This document shows positions 31,107-40,840 of a DNA stretch of 64,000 nt, piece after piece (position 1 is the first letter of the stretch; each line of letters begins with the position of its first letter). Location of the stretch: assembly GCA_964394435.1 (NCBI GenBank), contig CAYMXN010000002.1:14196-78195 (forward strand), written 5' to 3'. This stretch comes from an uncultured Candidatus Saccharibacteria bacterium. Its GTDB lineage: Bacteria > Patescibacteriota > Minisyncoccia > UBA6257 > 1-14-0-10-44-23. The translations under genes and the position numbers were made by a program. The notes beneath the pieces are model-generated. The model was not told the origin of the DNA. It worked only from the letters and a program-made list of their open reading frames with translations, and did not search any database.

Positions 31107-32408
31107 TTAGCCCTGATGGCGGCTGCCGTGAAACCCTCCACCCCTGCTGCGATTGCCCTGGCGACGCCACGGACCACGCTGCGGATGATTCGATGAACCG
31201 CGACGGTGATGATTTGATCCTGACTCACGAAATCCGCGCTGTGGCAGATCTGGCTGCAGATGAGCGAGTTTAATCTTTGGACGAGCTGGCGGAAGAATTG
31301 GAAGCTTAGAAACTGGAAGCGTTGCTTTAATTAAGCGTTCGATCGACATAACGTCGCGGCGCTCGGTCGGCATCGCAAATGAGATCGCGTGGCCACTGCC
31401 TCCGGCACGGCCGGTACGACCGATGCGGTGCACGTAGTCTTCGCTCGCTGCCGGTAAGTCGTAGTTGATAACGAGCTCGATATTATTGACGTCGATACCA
31501 CGGGCGGCGATGTCGGTCGCGACCAATACGCGATAACGACCGGTCTTAAATCCCTCTAAAGCGTCTTTGCGCTGATTCAGTGAGCGGTTGGCGTGAATCT
31601 CGCTCGCCTGGTGCCCCATTTCGCGGACTGCGGCAGCGACACGCTTCGCCTGAAACTTCATACGACAAAATACTAATACTGAACCACGATACTCCTGAAG
31701 TAATTTTTCGAGCAAGCGCGACTTGTCGTCTTTAGAAACGAAAAATACTTCTTGCGTAACATCTTTCGCGGTCGTTCCCGGACGGGCGATCTCGACGCGA
31801 ATTGGCAACTTTAAATAAGTGTTTGCGATTTTTACAATTTGTTCAGGCATCGTCGCTGAAAATAGCATCGTTTGACGCTCTTTTGGAACGGCCATCAAAA
31901 TCTGCTTCAGCTGTACCTCAAAACCCATATCAAGCATGCGATCGGCCTCATCTAATACGAGCGTCTTTACCTTCGCGAGATTAACGGTCTTTTGCATCAT
32001 ATGGTCGAGCAAGCGACCCGGGGTAGCGATAATCACATGCGGATTGGCACGTAAGCGCTGGTGCTGACGAAACATTGGTTCGCCACCGATTAAGCACGCG
32101 TTGCGCATACCAAGCGGGCGACCGATTTTCTCAAATGTTTCAGCGATTTGCAGAGCGAGCTCGCGCGTTGGAGCGATGACCAAGCCGATGCCGGCTCCCT
32201 TTAATACCGACTGAAGAAGCGGTACGCCAAAAGCGAGCGTCTTCCCTGTTCCGGTTTGGGCGATACCCATTAGGTCTTTTCCTTCGATGGCGATAGGAAT
32301 CGACTGTTTTTGAATTGGAGTCGGCGCCTTATACCCGATTTGATCGAGGACCGTTAAAATACCCGGTGCGATGCCCAACCCCTGAAAGCTTTGTTCACTG
32401 TTTTCCAT
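31107..32408 (-). CDS. DEAD-box RNA helicase
   Basis: AQTGTGKT, PTRELA, DEAD, SAT, HRIGRTGR, Arg/Gly-rich tail. Confidence 0.96.
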   Translation of the reverse strand: MENSEQSFQGLGIAPGILTVLDQIGYKAPTPIQKQSIPIAIEGKDLMGIAQTGTGKTLAFGVPLLQSVLKGAGIGLVIAPTRELALQIAETFEKIGRPLGMRNACLIGGEPMFRQHQRLRANPHVIIATPGRLLDHMMQKTVNLAKVKTLVLDEADRMLDMGFEVQLKQILMAVPKERQTMLFSATMPEQIVKIANTYLKLPIRVEIARPGTTAKDVTQEVFFVSKDDKSRLLEKLLQEYRGSVLVFCRMKFQAKRVAAAVREMGHQASEIHANRSLNQRKDALEGFKTGRYRVLVATDIAARGIDVNNIELVINYDLPAASEDYVHRIGRTGRAGGSGHAISFAMPTERRDVMSIERLIKATLPVSKLPILPPARPKIKLAHLQPDLPQRGFRESGSNHHRRGSSNHPQRGPWRRQGNRSRGGGFHGSRHQG

Positions 32409-32503
32409 AAGAACATCACTCTAGCAGACTATTGCCAAAATAGCTAATATTTGTTGCTATAAAGAAAAACCCGCCAAACCATTGCTGCTTTGGCGGGTGC
32501 GAT

Positions 32504-33610
32504 TTATTTGTGGCGCGAAAGGTTGAAATTACTCCATTCTGGATTACCAGTCACCTCTTTGATGACCGTGATGAACGGTGGTAACTCAACGCGTTGCTGC
32601 TCTTCGGTAAGCTCAACCTCTAGCAGGTACATCCCCGCTAGATGATCGCAAAATCGGTCGAGCTCGAAGTACTGGTTTTTCCAGAGAAATGGATATCGCA
32701 TCTTGCGTATGCGTCGCCTAGACGGATCCGCCTCTTCGAGCAGGAGATTGTATCCGCCTAAATCCAGCTGACGCGTGCGCTCACCCCGAGCGTTTGTGTC
32801 CGGGAGCTTACGTTTCGTCGTCTGGAAAAAGGTAGAACACCCATCAAGCGTGCGCCGGCGCACACGGCGCTCTTCTCCCGGTCTGTGCGAGTGCAAATAC
32901 TGCTGCGTAATCATCACGCCGCGAGTATGCACGGGAAACTCTGACGGCTTACACGCCATAACGACAAACTTTCGTTCGTCCTCGATTGGCACAGGGATAC
33001 CCAGTCCGCGCGCCAACACCTGCTTGAGGCGCAACAACTTTCTGGGAAAGTCAGTCGAGTTATCGATGACGCGCAAGTGCTCGGCACCAACCCAGGCGTT
33101 TTGCGTGAGCAGATCTAACTCGCGCGCCCTACTTGGACTCTCGGTGCGCACCTTGTTGTTCTCGAGCGTGTAAAACGCCTCGGCACCATTCGCAGCGGTT
33201 ATCAAGTGAGCAATCACATCGTATCTATCCAAAAGCGCTAGCTCTCTGACGCCGGTACGCTTTAAGATTTTCTCGACGTGAATGGGATCTACATACGCCC
33301 TGAAATCGAGCGCTCCGCGATCACACAGCAGAATTCGTCCGCGCTCCCCTGGCTCAACTTGAGCGAGCGCTTCTGCATACGCCTGTTCAGTTGCGAGCTG
33401 AAGCTTGAGCAGATGGACTTGAAATGCGAGTGGGTCTTTCCATCGCTGCATCGGACTCAAGCCCGCGTTTGCAATGCGAGTCGCCTGCTCTTCAACCACT
33501 GCGACCGAGTATCCCGCCGCCCTAAGCCAGTCGGGAATTTCGAGCACTGCCGTCGTCTTGCCGCTGCAAGGACCGCCGGTGATTACTGCACGACTAAGCT
33601 TTTCTTCCAT
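32504..33610 (-). CDS. NadR/Ttd14-type AAA domain fused to CYTH domain
   Basis: TGGPCSGKTT, CDRG..D, EDERKF, FELD, LLEVE; ATG 33610 after GGAGGT. Confidence 0.85.
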   Translation of the reverse strand: MEEKLSRAVITGGPCSGKTTAVLEIPDWLRAAGYSVAVVEEQATRIANAGLSPMQRWKDPLAFQVHLLKLQLATEQAYAEALAQVEPGERGRILLCDRGALDFRAYVDPIHVEKILKRTGVRELALLDRYDVIAHLITAANGAEAFYTLENNKVRTESPSRARELDLLTQNAWVGAEHLRVIDNSTDFPRKLLRLKQVLARGLGIPVPIEDERKFVVMACKPSEFPVHTRGVMITQQYLHSHRPGEERRVRRRTLDGCSTFFQTTKRKLPDTNARGERTRQLDLGGYNLLLEEADPSRRRIRKMRYPFLWKNQYFELDRFCDHLAGMYLLEVELTEEQQRVELPPFITVIKEVTGNPEWSNFNLSRHK

Positions 33611-33679
33611 GACTACCAACCTCCGTAGGATGTACCGCAGGCATCATACCCCACCTGTCTTCTCCTAATCAAGCTATCC

Positions 33680-33720
33680 AAAACTAAAAACCACCAGGCA
33701 GCCTGGTGGTTTTTAGTTTT
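33680..33720 (-). terminator. Intrinsic terminator
   Basis: aaaactaaaaaccaccagg-cag-cctggtggtttttagtttt. Confidence 0.8.
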
Positions 33721-34177
33721 ACTTTTGCTGCGGAGGAATCATCGGCTCCATCTGCCCAGTGTAGAGCGGGCGAACCTGGAACAAGATGTAAAACCCAATC
33801 GCGAGACTAATAATCATTCCGACAATATTCATCATTAGGAGATTTTGTAATCCACTTACAAGCACTCCATAAAATATGAAGTTCCAACCAACAAGCGAGC
33901 GCTTGCGAAGCCCTGGAATAGCAAGGGCGTTTAAAATAACGCCCACTAAAAGAAAGATCCAGGCGGCACCAAATCCACTATACGCCATATAGCCGTACCC
34001 TCCCATCATCGCGAAACGCGAAAATCCAAATACGGTAAGGATTGCCGGAATGGCCAATACGACACCGATAATTGCGAGCCATGGCGCGATTTTCACCAAA
34101 AACTCTTTCGCCTTTCCTGGTAGCTGCGGAGCCTTTTGCCCAAAGTACAGATCAAGCCACTTGATAAGCTGATTCAT
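33719..34177 (-). CDS. Four-TM membrane protein
   Basis: KAPQLP, hydrophobic helices, LFQV..LY. Confidence 0.75.
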   Translation of the reverse strand: MNQLIKWLDLYFGQKAPQLPGKAKEFLVKIAPWLAIIGVVLAIPAILTVFGFSRFAMMGGYGYMAYSGFGAAWIFLLVGVILNALAIPGLRKRSLVGWNFIFYGVLVSGLQNLLMMNIVGMIISLAIGFYILFQVRPLYTGQMEPMIPPQQK

Positions 34178-34255
34178 AGGTATGTTTATAATTACTTAAT
34201 TAGTATCTAGTATACTCCTTCTGCTTGCGAGCGCAAAAACTGATATACTTTATAT

Positions 34256-35752
34256 ATGATGCGCTTACGCGGCCTCTTTCTTTTCTTTACTCTTCTTTCT
34301 TCACTCACCTCACCACTCATTACCCAGGCGCATGACGAAGGATTTTTTGAGTTCGCACCAGATGCGTGGCAGTCAGAACGAGTACTCGTCTCCAGCCTCC
34401 AAACTCCGATTCAAATATTTCAACCGGCTATTAGCACTACCTTAACCGGTTTTTCATTTTGGGTAGACAACACTGGAAGTGCGGGCGATGTAAGCTTTGC
34501 ACTTATTGATAGCGACTACAATACACTTGCTACAAAAACTGTAACTCTCCCCGCTACCGCAGCAGTTGATGGTGGCACAAAATTTCACGTAGACCTCACA
34601 ACCCCGATTACTCTGACTGCCGGAGCTACCTATGGAATTCAGATCAACTCCACACTCCCGGGATTTGGCATATATTACGCTAACCGCATCACCATCCTTG
34701 AACACAACCTCCCCTACACCCTAACCTACCAGTATGGTGCGGCTCGCGTTGGTGGCGACGATCAGTCGTATACTTTTAAATTCGCACTCTATCGTCCGCC
34801 GACCGGCTCGGCGACTATCACCAGCCCAACACCAGATCCGACGCCAACTAGCACTGCACCGACATCGGCCGTGATGAATAATGTGCACGCGGTACTCATC
34901 ACTGGTACGAGTGCGACGTTTGCCTGGTCAACAAATATCGCCACTGACTCACGTATTGCGATTCGTACCCAGCTCAACTCACTCTATACCATCGCCACGA
35001 CCTTTGATCCGACGCTTGAACTCGAACACACGCTCACCATCTACGGACTTAGTCCAAGTATCGCCTACTTTGCGGATATCAGCTCGGGCTTAGGAGAGCA
35101 ATACACCCTCGCAACTTATACGCTCGGGTTTAGTACGACAGCCAGCGGACAAGAGAGTACGACGGTGTATCAAAATCCAGGAACAACAACCAACTCAACG
35201 ACTACGAGTAATACGAATACGAACTCAAACACTTCGACGACAAACACAAATACATCAAGCTCGAGCACTTCCAATAACACAAATTCGAATACTACCGGGA
35301 GCCAATCTAACACTTCTAACTCCGGACAGAGCACTTCAAATACAACTAGCTCAAACACTCCTCCTGATTTAGTAGTCGAGTCAGGTACTAAAGCTGACAA
35401 CTTTACGCTCGCCTGGGAAGAGCCAACTACTGGCGCGCCAGCAAACGGATATCGTGTCGATATCTTTGATGCAAATAATGGCCTTGAGCGTCAGTTTCAT
35501 GTTGGCGCGAGCACTACCGAACAGGTCATTGGAGGTTTACCAGCTGGCGATCACCGCGCGATTGTGTATGCGAATAATGAGGGAACGTTTACGAAAGTAG
35601 CGCCAAGCAAGGAGTTTAGTATTAAGTCGCAAGTTAATAAGCATATCTGGATTTCGGTCACTCTCGCCGCGCTCTTTTTCCTCCTCTCGTCTGCGGCAGT
35701 AATCTGGTGGTTTACTAAAGAGAAATCTCCGTTGCCGGTTATTGAGGAGTAG
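34256..35752 (+). CDS. Surface protein with fibronectin-III-like domains, Thr/Asn/Ser linker and C-terminal TM
   Basis: Signal peptide; SATFAWSTN..., HTLTI.GL.P...Y; low-complexity segment ~35170-35360. Confidence 0.75.
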   Translation: MMRLRGLFLFFTLLSSLTSPLITQAHDEGFFEFAPDAWQSERVLVSSLQTPIQIFQPAISTTLTGFSFWVDNTGSAGDVSFALIDSDYNTLATKTVTLPATAAVDGGTKFHVDLTTPITLTAGATYGIQINSTLPGFGIYYANRITILEHNLPYTLTYQYGAARVGGDDQSYTFKFALYRPPTGSATITSPTPDPTPTSTAPTSAVMNNVHAVLITGTSATFAWSTNIATDSRIAIRTQLNSLYTIATTFDPTLELEHTLTIYGLSPSIAYFADISSGLGEQYTLATYTLGFSTTASGQESTTVYQNPGTTTNSTTTSNTNTNSNTSTTNTNTSSSSTSNNTNSNTTGSQSNTSNSGQSTSNTTSSNTPPDLVVESGTKADNFTLAWEEPTTGAPANGYRVDIFDANNGLERQFHVGASTTEQVIGGLPAGDHRAIVYANNEGTFTKVAPSKEFSIKSQVNKHIWISVTLAALFFLLSSAAVIWWFTKEKSPLPVIEE

Positions 35753-35878
35753 GAGCGTTACTTATAGTAGGTCTGGCTTATAAGCCAGACTTTTTATTAG
35801 GATATTTTCGAAAATAAAAACAGCCCAGTGACAGACGCTTGCGCGTATGCACCGGGCTGAACAGGGCCGAACTGCTGA

Positions 35879-36562
35879 CTACCCCTTGCCCCCTGGAGGA
35901 GGCGCGAAGGCGGCGATCGGAGTCCAGCCGAGCAACTTGTCACCTGGCTTGGACCCCTCCGGACCCTGGATCATCGGGAGCGGATCGGTCCGCTGCCCGA
36001 AGTTGAGCTCGAAGCCCGTCGCCAGACGCGAGATGAGCACGTACTCCTTCTCCTGCCCCACCGGAGCCGTGGGCAGGACCGTCGCCCCGTTGAGGACCCA
36101 GGCGCGGCGCTTGTCGCACGTGCCGACGTTGCCGCAGACCTTGACCCAGCCCGCCTCGCCGACCTGCAGCGTCGCCACCGTGAGGTGGTAGAACTGCGAG
36201 GGAACGACGGCCGGGACCGGCTTGGACGACTCGCTGGGCGACTTCATCGCCGGCACCGTCGGGCAGTCCATGTCCGACTGCGGGAGACCCGGTACGGTCG
36301 GAGCCATGAGCCACTCGTTGAAGCCCGAGGCCTCCTTGGAGTTCGGCGAGGACGTGAACGTCTTCACCGCCTGCTTCGTCTCCTTGTCGTCGCCGCTGTT
36401 CCAGCAGAGGCCGACGATGATGACGATGATCAGGACGATGATACCCCCGATCGCCACGAGGCGACCGCGGGTGATCCCCCCGGGCACCTCGTGCGGGACG
36501 GGGTCGCCGCCGGACGAAGCCGGGGCGTGGGGGTCGTGGGAATCGTGGGAATCGGCGGACAC
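35879..36562 (-). CDS. Very GC-rich single-pass membrane orphan protein
   Basis: GTG after AAGGAGGT, His-rich N-terminus, TM, G/C-ending codons. Confidence 0.7.
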   Translation of the reverse strand: MSADSHDSHDPHAPASSGGDPVPHEVPGGITRGRLVAIGGIIVLIIVIIVGLCWNSGDDKETKQAVKTFTSSPNSKEASGFNEWLMAPTVPGLPQSDMDCPTVPAMKSPSESSKPVPAVVPSQFYHLTVATLQVGEAGWVKVCGNVGTCDKRRAWVLNGATVLPTAPVGQEKEYVLISRLATGFELNFGQRTDPLPMIQGPEGSKPGDKLLGWTPIAAFAPPPGGKG

Positions 36563-36609
36563 AGACACCTCCTTATTGGACTAGAGACATAGCCGTTTTG
36601 GCTTTTACT

Positions 36610-36638
36610 ATAATAGCATACTATTTATATAAAGTCAA
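36610..36638 (-). promoter_or_regulatory. Sigma70-type promoter of orphan 35879..36562
   Basis: TTGACT-17 bp-TATTAT with TG extension. Confidence 0.7.
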
Positions 36639-36749
36639 TAGTTCGGGCAAAGGCGGCAATTCGAACATACCCCCTTCGACTTCCTATCTCAGGCCATTCG
36701 GCTCTGAAAGCTTCAGGCTCGATGAGGTCATTTCCCTTTGGAAAATGAA

Positions 36750-36945
36750 ATAAAAAGCAGCGCCGAAGGAAGGTCCTTCTGCGCTGCGGAGAGAAAGCCG
36801 GGTGACTCTTTGGTTTGCTTTGGCCTGGGAAATGGGGATGTGGAGGTCGAGGTCCGCAGGGACGCCCGACGAAAGCCTTAGCTCACCGCTAAGCCACCCG
36901 GAAAAGCGGTATCGCCGAGGGTTTGGAGACTACCCTCTTTGATGT
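36750..36945 (-). ncRNA. Candidate structured non-coding RNA
   Basis: TTGACG-17-TACTCT promoter (36980-36952), stem ccgggtggct/agtcacccgg enclosing hairpins, terminator 36757-36787 plus U-tract, no convincing start codon. Confidence 0.5.
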
Positions 36946-36980
36946 ACTCAAAGAGTACCCTTCCTCCGAAGGCTCGTCAA

Positions 36981-37889
36981 CTAGACTTTGAGGTAGCGCC
37001 TGATAGCGATCCAACTACTGATAATACCGAGACCACAGCCGGCTAAGATGAGATATCCAAACAATTGAAATAGATTTGAGTAGAAATACACTTCGATATT
37101 AACCTCGGGTATAACTGCAGCAAAATATGGCGAGGCGAAGTTGATTGCCGGAGCGGCGATAAGCATCGTAAAGACGGCTCCAAATACTCCGTACAAGATT
37201 CCGTTTACAATATATGGCCCTTTGATAAAGGTGTTAGACCCTCCGACTAAACGCATAATCGCGATCTCTTCTCGATTGCTGTAAATCGCCAGACGAATCG
37301 TGTTGAATGCGACAAGACAAGCGGCGATGGCGATAAATACAGCGAGAACAAATCCAACTTTATTGACCGTATCAATAATCTTGTTGAGGCGCTCGATCGC
37401 TTTTTGGTTTTGGGCGTAGGTAATTTTCTCGACAATTGATTTAAAGTTGTCGTTTTCTAAATATGAGGCGATGATTGGATAATCCTTTGTGTCGTTCGCT
37501 TTAATGTTTACCGAGGCACGCAACGGATTAGCACTTAACTCCTGAAGCGCCTGACTGATGGTCGGGTCTTCTTTGTGGTTCTCTTTAAAAATTTCAAGCG
37601 CTTTGTCGCGCGAGATATACTCGACGCTCTTTACCTCCGGGAGTTGCTCGAGTGCTTTTTCGATTTTCAAAATATCATCTTCTGGAGCGGCAACTTTGAA
37701 ATACACGGCGATGTCTATTTTGTCGCGTAATGAGTCGGTAGCGGTCTTAGTTAACACATCAAACATCGTAAGTCCGTTGAATAAGAGTAGCGCCAATACC
37801 ATAACCACGATGGTCGCGATTGAAAGTGAGCTGTTACGCCAAAAGCTCTGGAAGCCGTATTTAATCATTCGTAATAGTCCGGTAAGCAT
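36981..37889 (-). CDS. ftsX: Cell division permease FtsX
   Basis: NPL..S, NTIRLAI...REEI.IMRLVG, downstream of ftsE. Confidence 0.93.
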   Translation of the reverse strand: MLTGLLRMIKYGFQSFWRNSSLSIATIVVMVLALLLFNGLTMFDVLTKTATDSLRDKIDIAVYFKVAAPEDDILKIEKALEQLPEVKSVEYISRDKALEIFKENHKEDPTISQALQELSANPLRASVNIKANDTKDYPIIASYLENDNFKSIVEKITYAQNQKAIERLNKIIDTVNKVGFVLAVFIAIAACLVAFNTIRLAIYSNREEIAIMRLVGGSNTFIKGPYIVNGILYGVFGAVFTMLIAAPAINFASPYFAAVIPEVNIEVYFYSNLFQLFGYLILAGCGLGIISSWIAIRRYLKV

Positions 37890-37893
37890 ATGA

Positions 37894-38577
37894 TTACATT
37901 ATGACGTATTTACCGTTTGCCTCATCTCGTACGATGCGCCCATCAACGAGGGTAATAACGCGCTTATTTAACTTATTAACCACATCTTTGTTATGGCTCG
38001 CTAAAATAATCGTCGTGCCAAGCTCGTTAATGCGCTGAAGCAACTTAATAATTTCATCGGTATTTAAATCATCGAGGTTTCCGGTCGGCTCGTCAGCGAC
38101 GATGACTGATGGGTGGTGGATCATAGCTCTTGCGATTGCGACGCGTTGCTTTTCACCGCCAGACAGTTCGTGTGGAAAGTTGTGATGTTTGTCGGAAAGA
38201 CCGACGAGGTCGAGCACCTGCGGTACAAACTCTTCGATCTCATCTTGAGCGCGTCCCCCTACTTCGAGCGCGAATGCAACGTTTTCATACGCAGTTTTTT
38301 TCGGCAATAATTTAAAGTCTTGGAATACGATGCCGATTTGTCGGCGCAGTCGTGGAAGCTCATTATTTTTAAGCTTATTCACTTCTTTGTCTTCAATAAC
38401 AATCCGCCCTTTGCTTGGGCGGTCTTCGCCGATCATTAGCTTAATAAGCGTGCTCTTACCCGCTCCGGACTTACCTACCAGCGACACAAACTCACCCGGC
38501 TTTATCTTAAAGCTAATATCTTCGACACCAACAGACTTATTACTGTAGATTTTAGAAACGCCAAAAAATTCAATCAT
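37894..38577 (-). CDS. ftsE: Cell division ATPase FtsE
   Basis: GKSGAGKST, IGIVFQDFKLL, LSGGEKQR, ADEPTGNLD. Confidence 0.94.
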   Translation of the reverse strand: MIEFFGVSKIYSNKSVGVEDISFKIKPGEFVSLVGKSGAGKSTLIKLMIGEDRPSKGRIVIEDKEVNKLKNNELPRLRRQIGIVFQDFKLLPKKTAYENVAFALEVGGRAQDEIEEFVPQVLDLVGLSDKHHNFPHELSGGEKQRVAIARAMIHHPSVIVADEPTGNLDDLNTDEIIKLLQRINELGTTIILASHNKDVVNKLNKRVITLVDGRIVRDEANGKYVIM

Positions 38578-38647
38578 AGTAGGTGCGCTTTTTCTGACTA
38601 CAACGCTCACTTAGCGCATACCGTATAGTATAGCAAATTTTCACCTC

Positions 38648-39391
38648 TTACGGCAGTTGCAACTCGGCCTCGATAAACTTATCAAGATCACCCTTGAGTA
38701 CGTTTTCAACTTGCGTTGTTTCTGCCTTAGTGCGGTGGTCCTTAACCATCTTGTATGGGTTGAGCACGTACGAGCGAATCTGGCTCCCCCACTCCGGCTT
38801 GGCGTGGACGCGCAAATCCGACATCTCCTGTTTTTGATGCACCTCCATCAAATGAATCAATTTTGATTTTAACAATGCGACCGCCTTTTCTTTGTTTTGC
38901 GCCTGGCCGCGCTCGGCCTGACTTTCGGTCGCAATACCGGTCGGAATATGTACGACTCGCACCGCGGTCTCGCGCTTGTTCACATTTTGTCCGCCCGGAC
39001 CCGATGAGCGCGTAGTCTCAAATCGCAAGTCAGCATCTGGAATACGAAACTTCATATGTTCAACAGCCGGCAAAATTGGAACAACCTCAACGAGCGCGAA
39101 GCTCGTATGGCGAGCTTTTTTTGAATCAAATGGACTGATACGTACGAGACGATGTACGCCTGATTCTTTTCTAAGCGTTCCATACGCAAAATCACCCTTA
39201 ATCTCAATCGCACGATCAGTAATAAGCGAAACTTTAAATCCTCGCTTACCGCAGTACTTGATATACATCTCGACAAGCATATTTGCCCAATCTTTAGCAT
39301 CATCGCCGCCGACGCCAGGATAGACTGAAAGATGAGCCGAACCTTTGTCATATTTGCCGGTAAGAGGTTTTAACGGAAGTGTTGTTTCCAT
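38648..39391 (-). CDS. prfB: Peptide chain release factor 2, N-terminally short
   Basis: GVHRLVRISPF, RHTSFA, GPGGQNVN, WGSQIRSYV. Confidence 0.9.
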   Translation of the reverse strand: METTLPLKPLTGKYDKGSAHLSVYPGVGGDDAKDWANMLVEMYIKYCGKRGFKVSLITDRAIEIKGDFAYGTLRKESGVHRLVRISPFDSKKARHTSFALVEVVPILPAVEHMKFRIPDADLRFETTRSSGPGGQNVNKRETAVRVVHIPTGIATESQAERGQAQNKEKAVALLKSKLIHLMEVHQKQEMSDLRVHAKPEWGSQIRSYVLNPYKMVKDHRTKAETTQVENVLKGDLDKFIEAELQLP

Positions 39392-39415
39392 GATTTGTTT
39401 ACTGTAACAGACTTA

Positions 39416-39889
39416 TTAAACTATCTCCATCTCATCTTTATGCCTCGCTTTTATCAGCCCGCGCCCTTCTTTTGCCCGCTTACTTAAAACCCGATTTCCT
39501 CTTCCCCTCCCTCTATTCAAACCAGCATACGTTGCAGTAAGCGAATCGCAATTTGGACAGATCAACCGTAAATTCCTTTCGCTATTATTACGCCAATTCC
39601 CATCAATATGATCAGCTACTAATGGAGAGTATCCTATCTTCGTGTTAATTTTTGCCCATCCACAGAGACAGCATTTATCTTCAAATTTCCGCCTTAAATA
39701 TCTCTTGATGTATCCCGATACAATACCAAGACCTTGTAGCCCGCTCACCTCTCCCGCCTGCCACTTTTTTATATACAGTTGATACTGATATTCAATCTGG
39801 CAAGCATTACTACAATACTTGTATTGAGAACGTGCAGTTTGGCTACCGCATAAGAGACAAGCGGCTCTCGGCTTTTTAATTTGAGGCAT
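39416..39889 (-). CDS. HNH endonuclease with zinc-binding motifs
   Basis: CxxC, YCSNAC, DHIDGN..NN...NLRLICPNC; start revised to 39889. Confidence 0.88.
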   Translation of the reverse strand: MPQIKKPRAACLLCGSQTARSQYKYCSNACQIEYQYQLYIKKWQAGEVSGLQGLGIVSGYIKRYLRRKFEDKCCLCGWAKINTKIGYSPLVADHIDGNWRNNSERNLRLICPNCDSLTATYAGLNRGRGRGNRVLSKRAKEGRGLIKARHKDEMEIV

Positions 39890-39957
39890 ACTAATATACT
39901 TCAATATTATCAAAAAACAACCAGTTTTGAAATATAGACTGGTCGCATTTTATCTTG

Positions 39958-40030
39958 AGCCACCTCGCGGATTTGCACCGCGGACCTTCTCGTTACGAGT
40001 GAGATGCTCTACTATCTGAGCTAAGGTGGC
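39958..40030 (-). tRNA. tRNA-Thr (CGT)
   Basis: gccacct acceptor stem, anticodon loop ctCGTaa, T-arm cgcgg-tgcaaat-ccgcg. Confidence 0.9.
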
Positions 40031-40073
40031 AGTTAGTGCCTACTATACCGATTTTAGAAAGTAATTTCAATGC

Positions 40074-40147
40074 TGGAGCGGGTAACGAGAATCGGACTCG
40101 TGTCTCAACCTTGGGAAGGTCGCGTTCTACCACTGAACCATACCCGC
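40074..40147 (-). tRNA. tRNA-Gly (CCC)
   Basis: gcgggta acceptor stem, loop ttCCCaa, encoded CCA. Confidence 0.93.
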
Positions 40148-40151
40148 GCTT

Positions 40152-40721
40152 TTAACGCGTCAGTAGCTCACCTTCTTGCCATTGATAACTGGCGAGGAAG
40201 ATACTGACATCTGCGTCTTTACGCTTCTGTAGTATCCAATCATTTAGATTGGTTTTTTGCAAGATAAGCGAACTGCTTAAGATATTTCGCTGCGCCTGTG
40301 GAACTAAAATAAGGCGGGTAAAATCTCCGGGCATCAGACCATAGAGCTCGTTGATCGCTGGCGCGAGAGCTTGCGAGCTGGTTGTATTACCAATCATTTT
40401 CGAAAGGTCTTCTTCTCCCTGTTTGCCAAGCGTCAGAAATCCAGCCTCTACGACCTTATTTTCAATAAGCGTATCAAGACTTACTCGACGGAGTTCGATT
40501 AAAAACTTCGGATCAGCTAATTTTTCTTTTTCAGCAACAGAAGCGTTTCTCGAGGCTTTCTCGTAATAGTGATAGGCGGCATCAAAATGCTTCTGTACAT
40601 CTCCCGCCCAGATCATCTCACCGTTTACGCTTGCAACTGGATATAAATTAAAAACACTCGCAAAGTATACAATCCCGAAAATACCAACAAGCGCGGCAAG
40701 AATAATCGCGGTTCGTTTCAT
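40152..40721 (-). CDS. SurA/PrsA N-terminal-domain-like membrane-anchored protein
   Basis: TM, PVASVNGE.I, LDTLIENK. Confidence 0.65.
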   Translation of the reverse strand: MKRTAIILAALVGIFGIVYFASVFNLYPVASVNGEMIWAGDVQKHFDAAYHYYEKASRNASVAEKEKLADPKFLIELRRVSLDTLIENKVVEAGFLTLGKQGEEDLSKMIGNTTSSQALAPAINELYGLMPGDFTRLILVPQAQRNILSSSLILQKTNLNDWILQKRKDADVSIFLASYQWQEGELLTR

Positions 40722-40840
40722 TGCGCTAGAGGCAATCCTGATGTTGTATAAGCGACCGGTAGGAGTTCATAGGTATTGATATATTGTAGCGTATATTCGT
40801 ATGTAGCATCGGCGGCAGAGCCGCTCTGCCTCTAACGGGA
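40721..40840. mobile_element. MITE-like 120-bp element (left end degenerate)
   Basis: ttgcgctagaggca...tgcctctaacggga; ungapped near-copy of 41113-41232. Confidence 0.75.

Noticed and set aside
35170-35360. Tandem repeat array
   Set aside because: Low-complexity Thr/Asn/Ser coding linker without a fixed nucleotide period
39391-39420. Programmed +1 frameshift start of prfB
   Set aside because: No CTTTGA site or upstream RF2 N-terminal frame is visible
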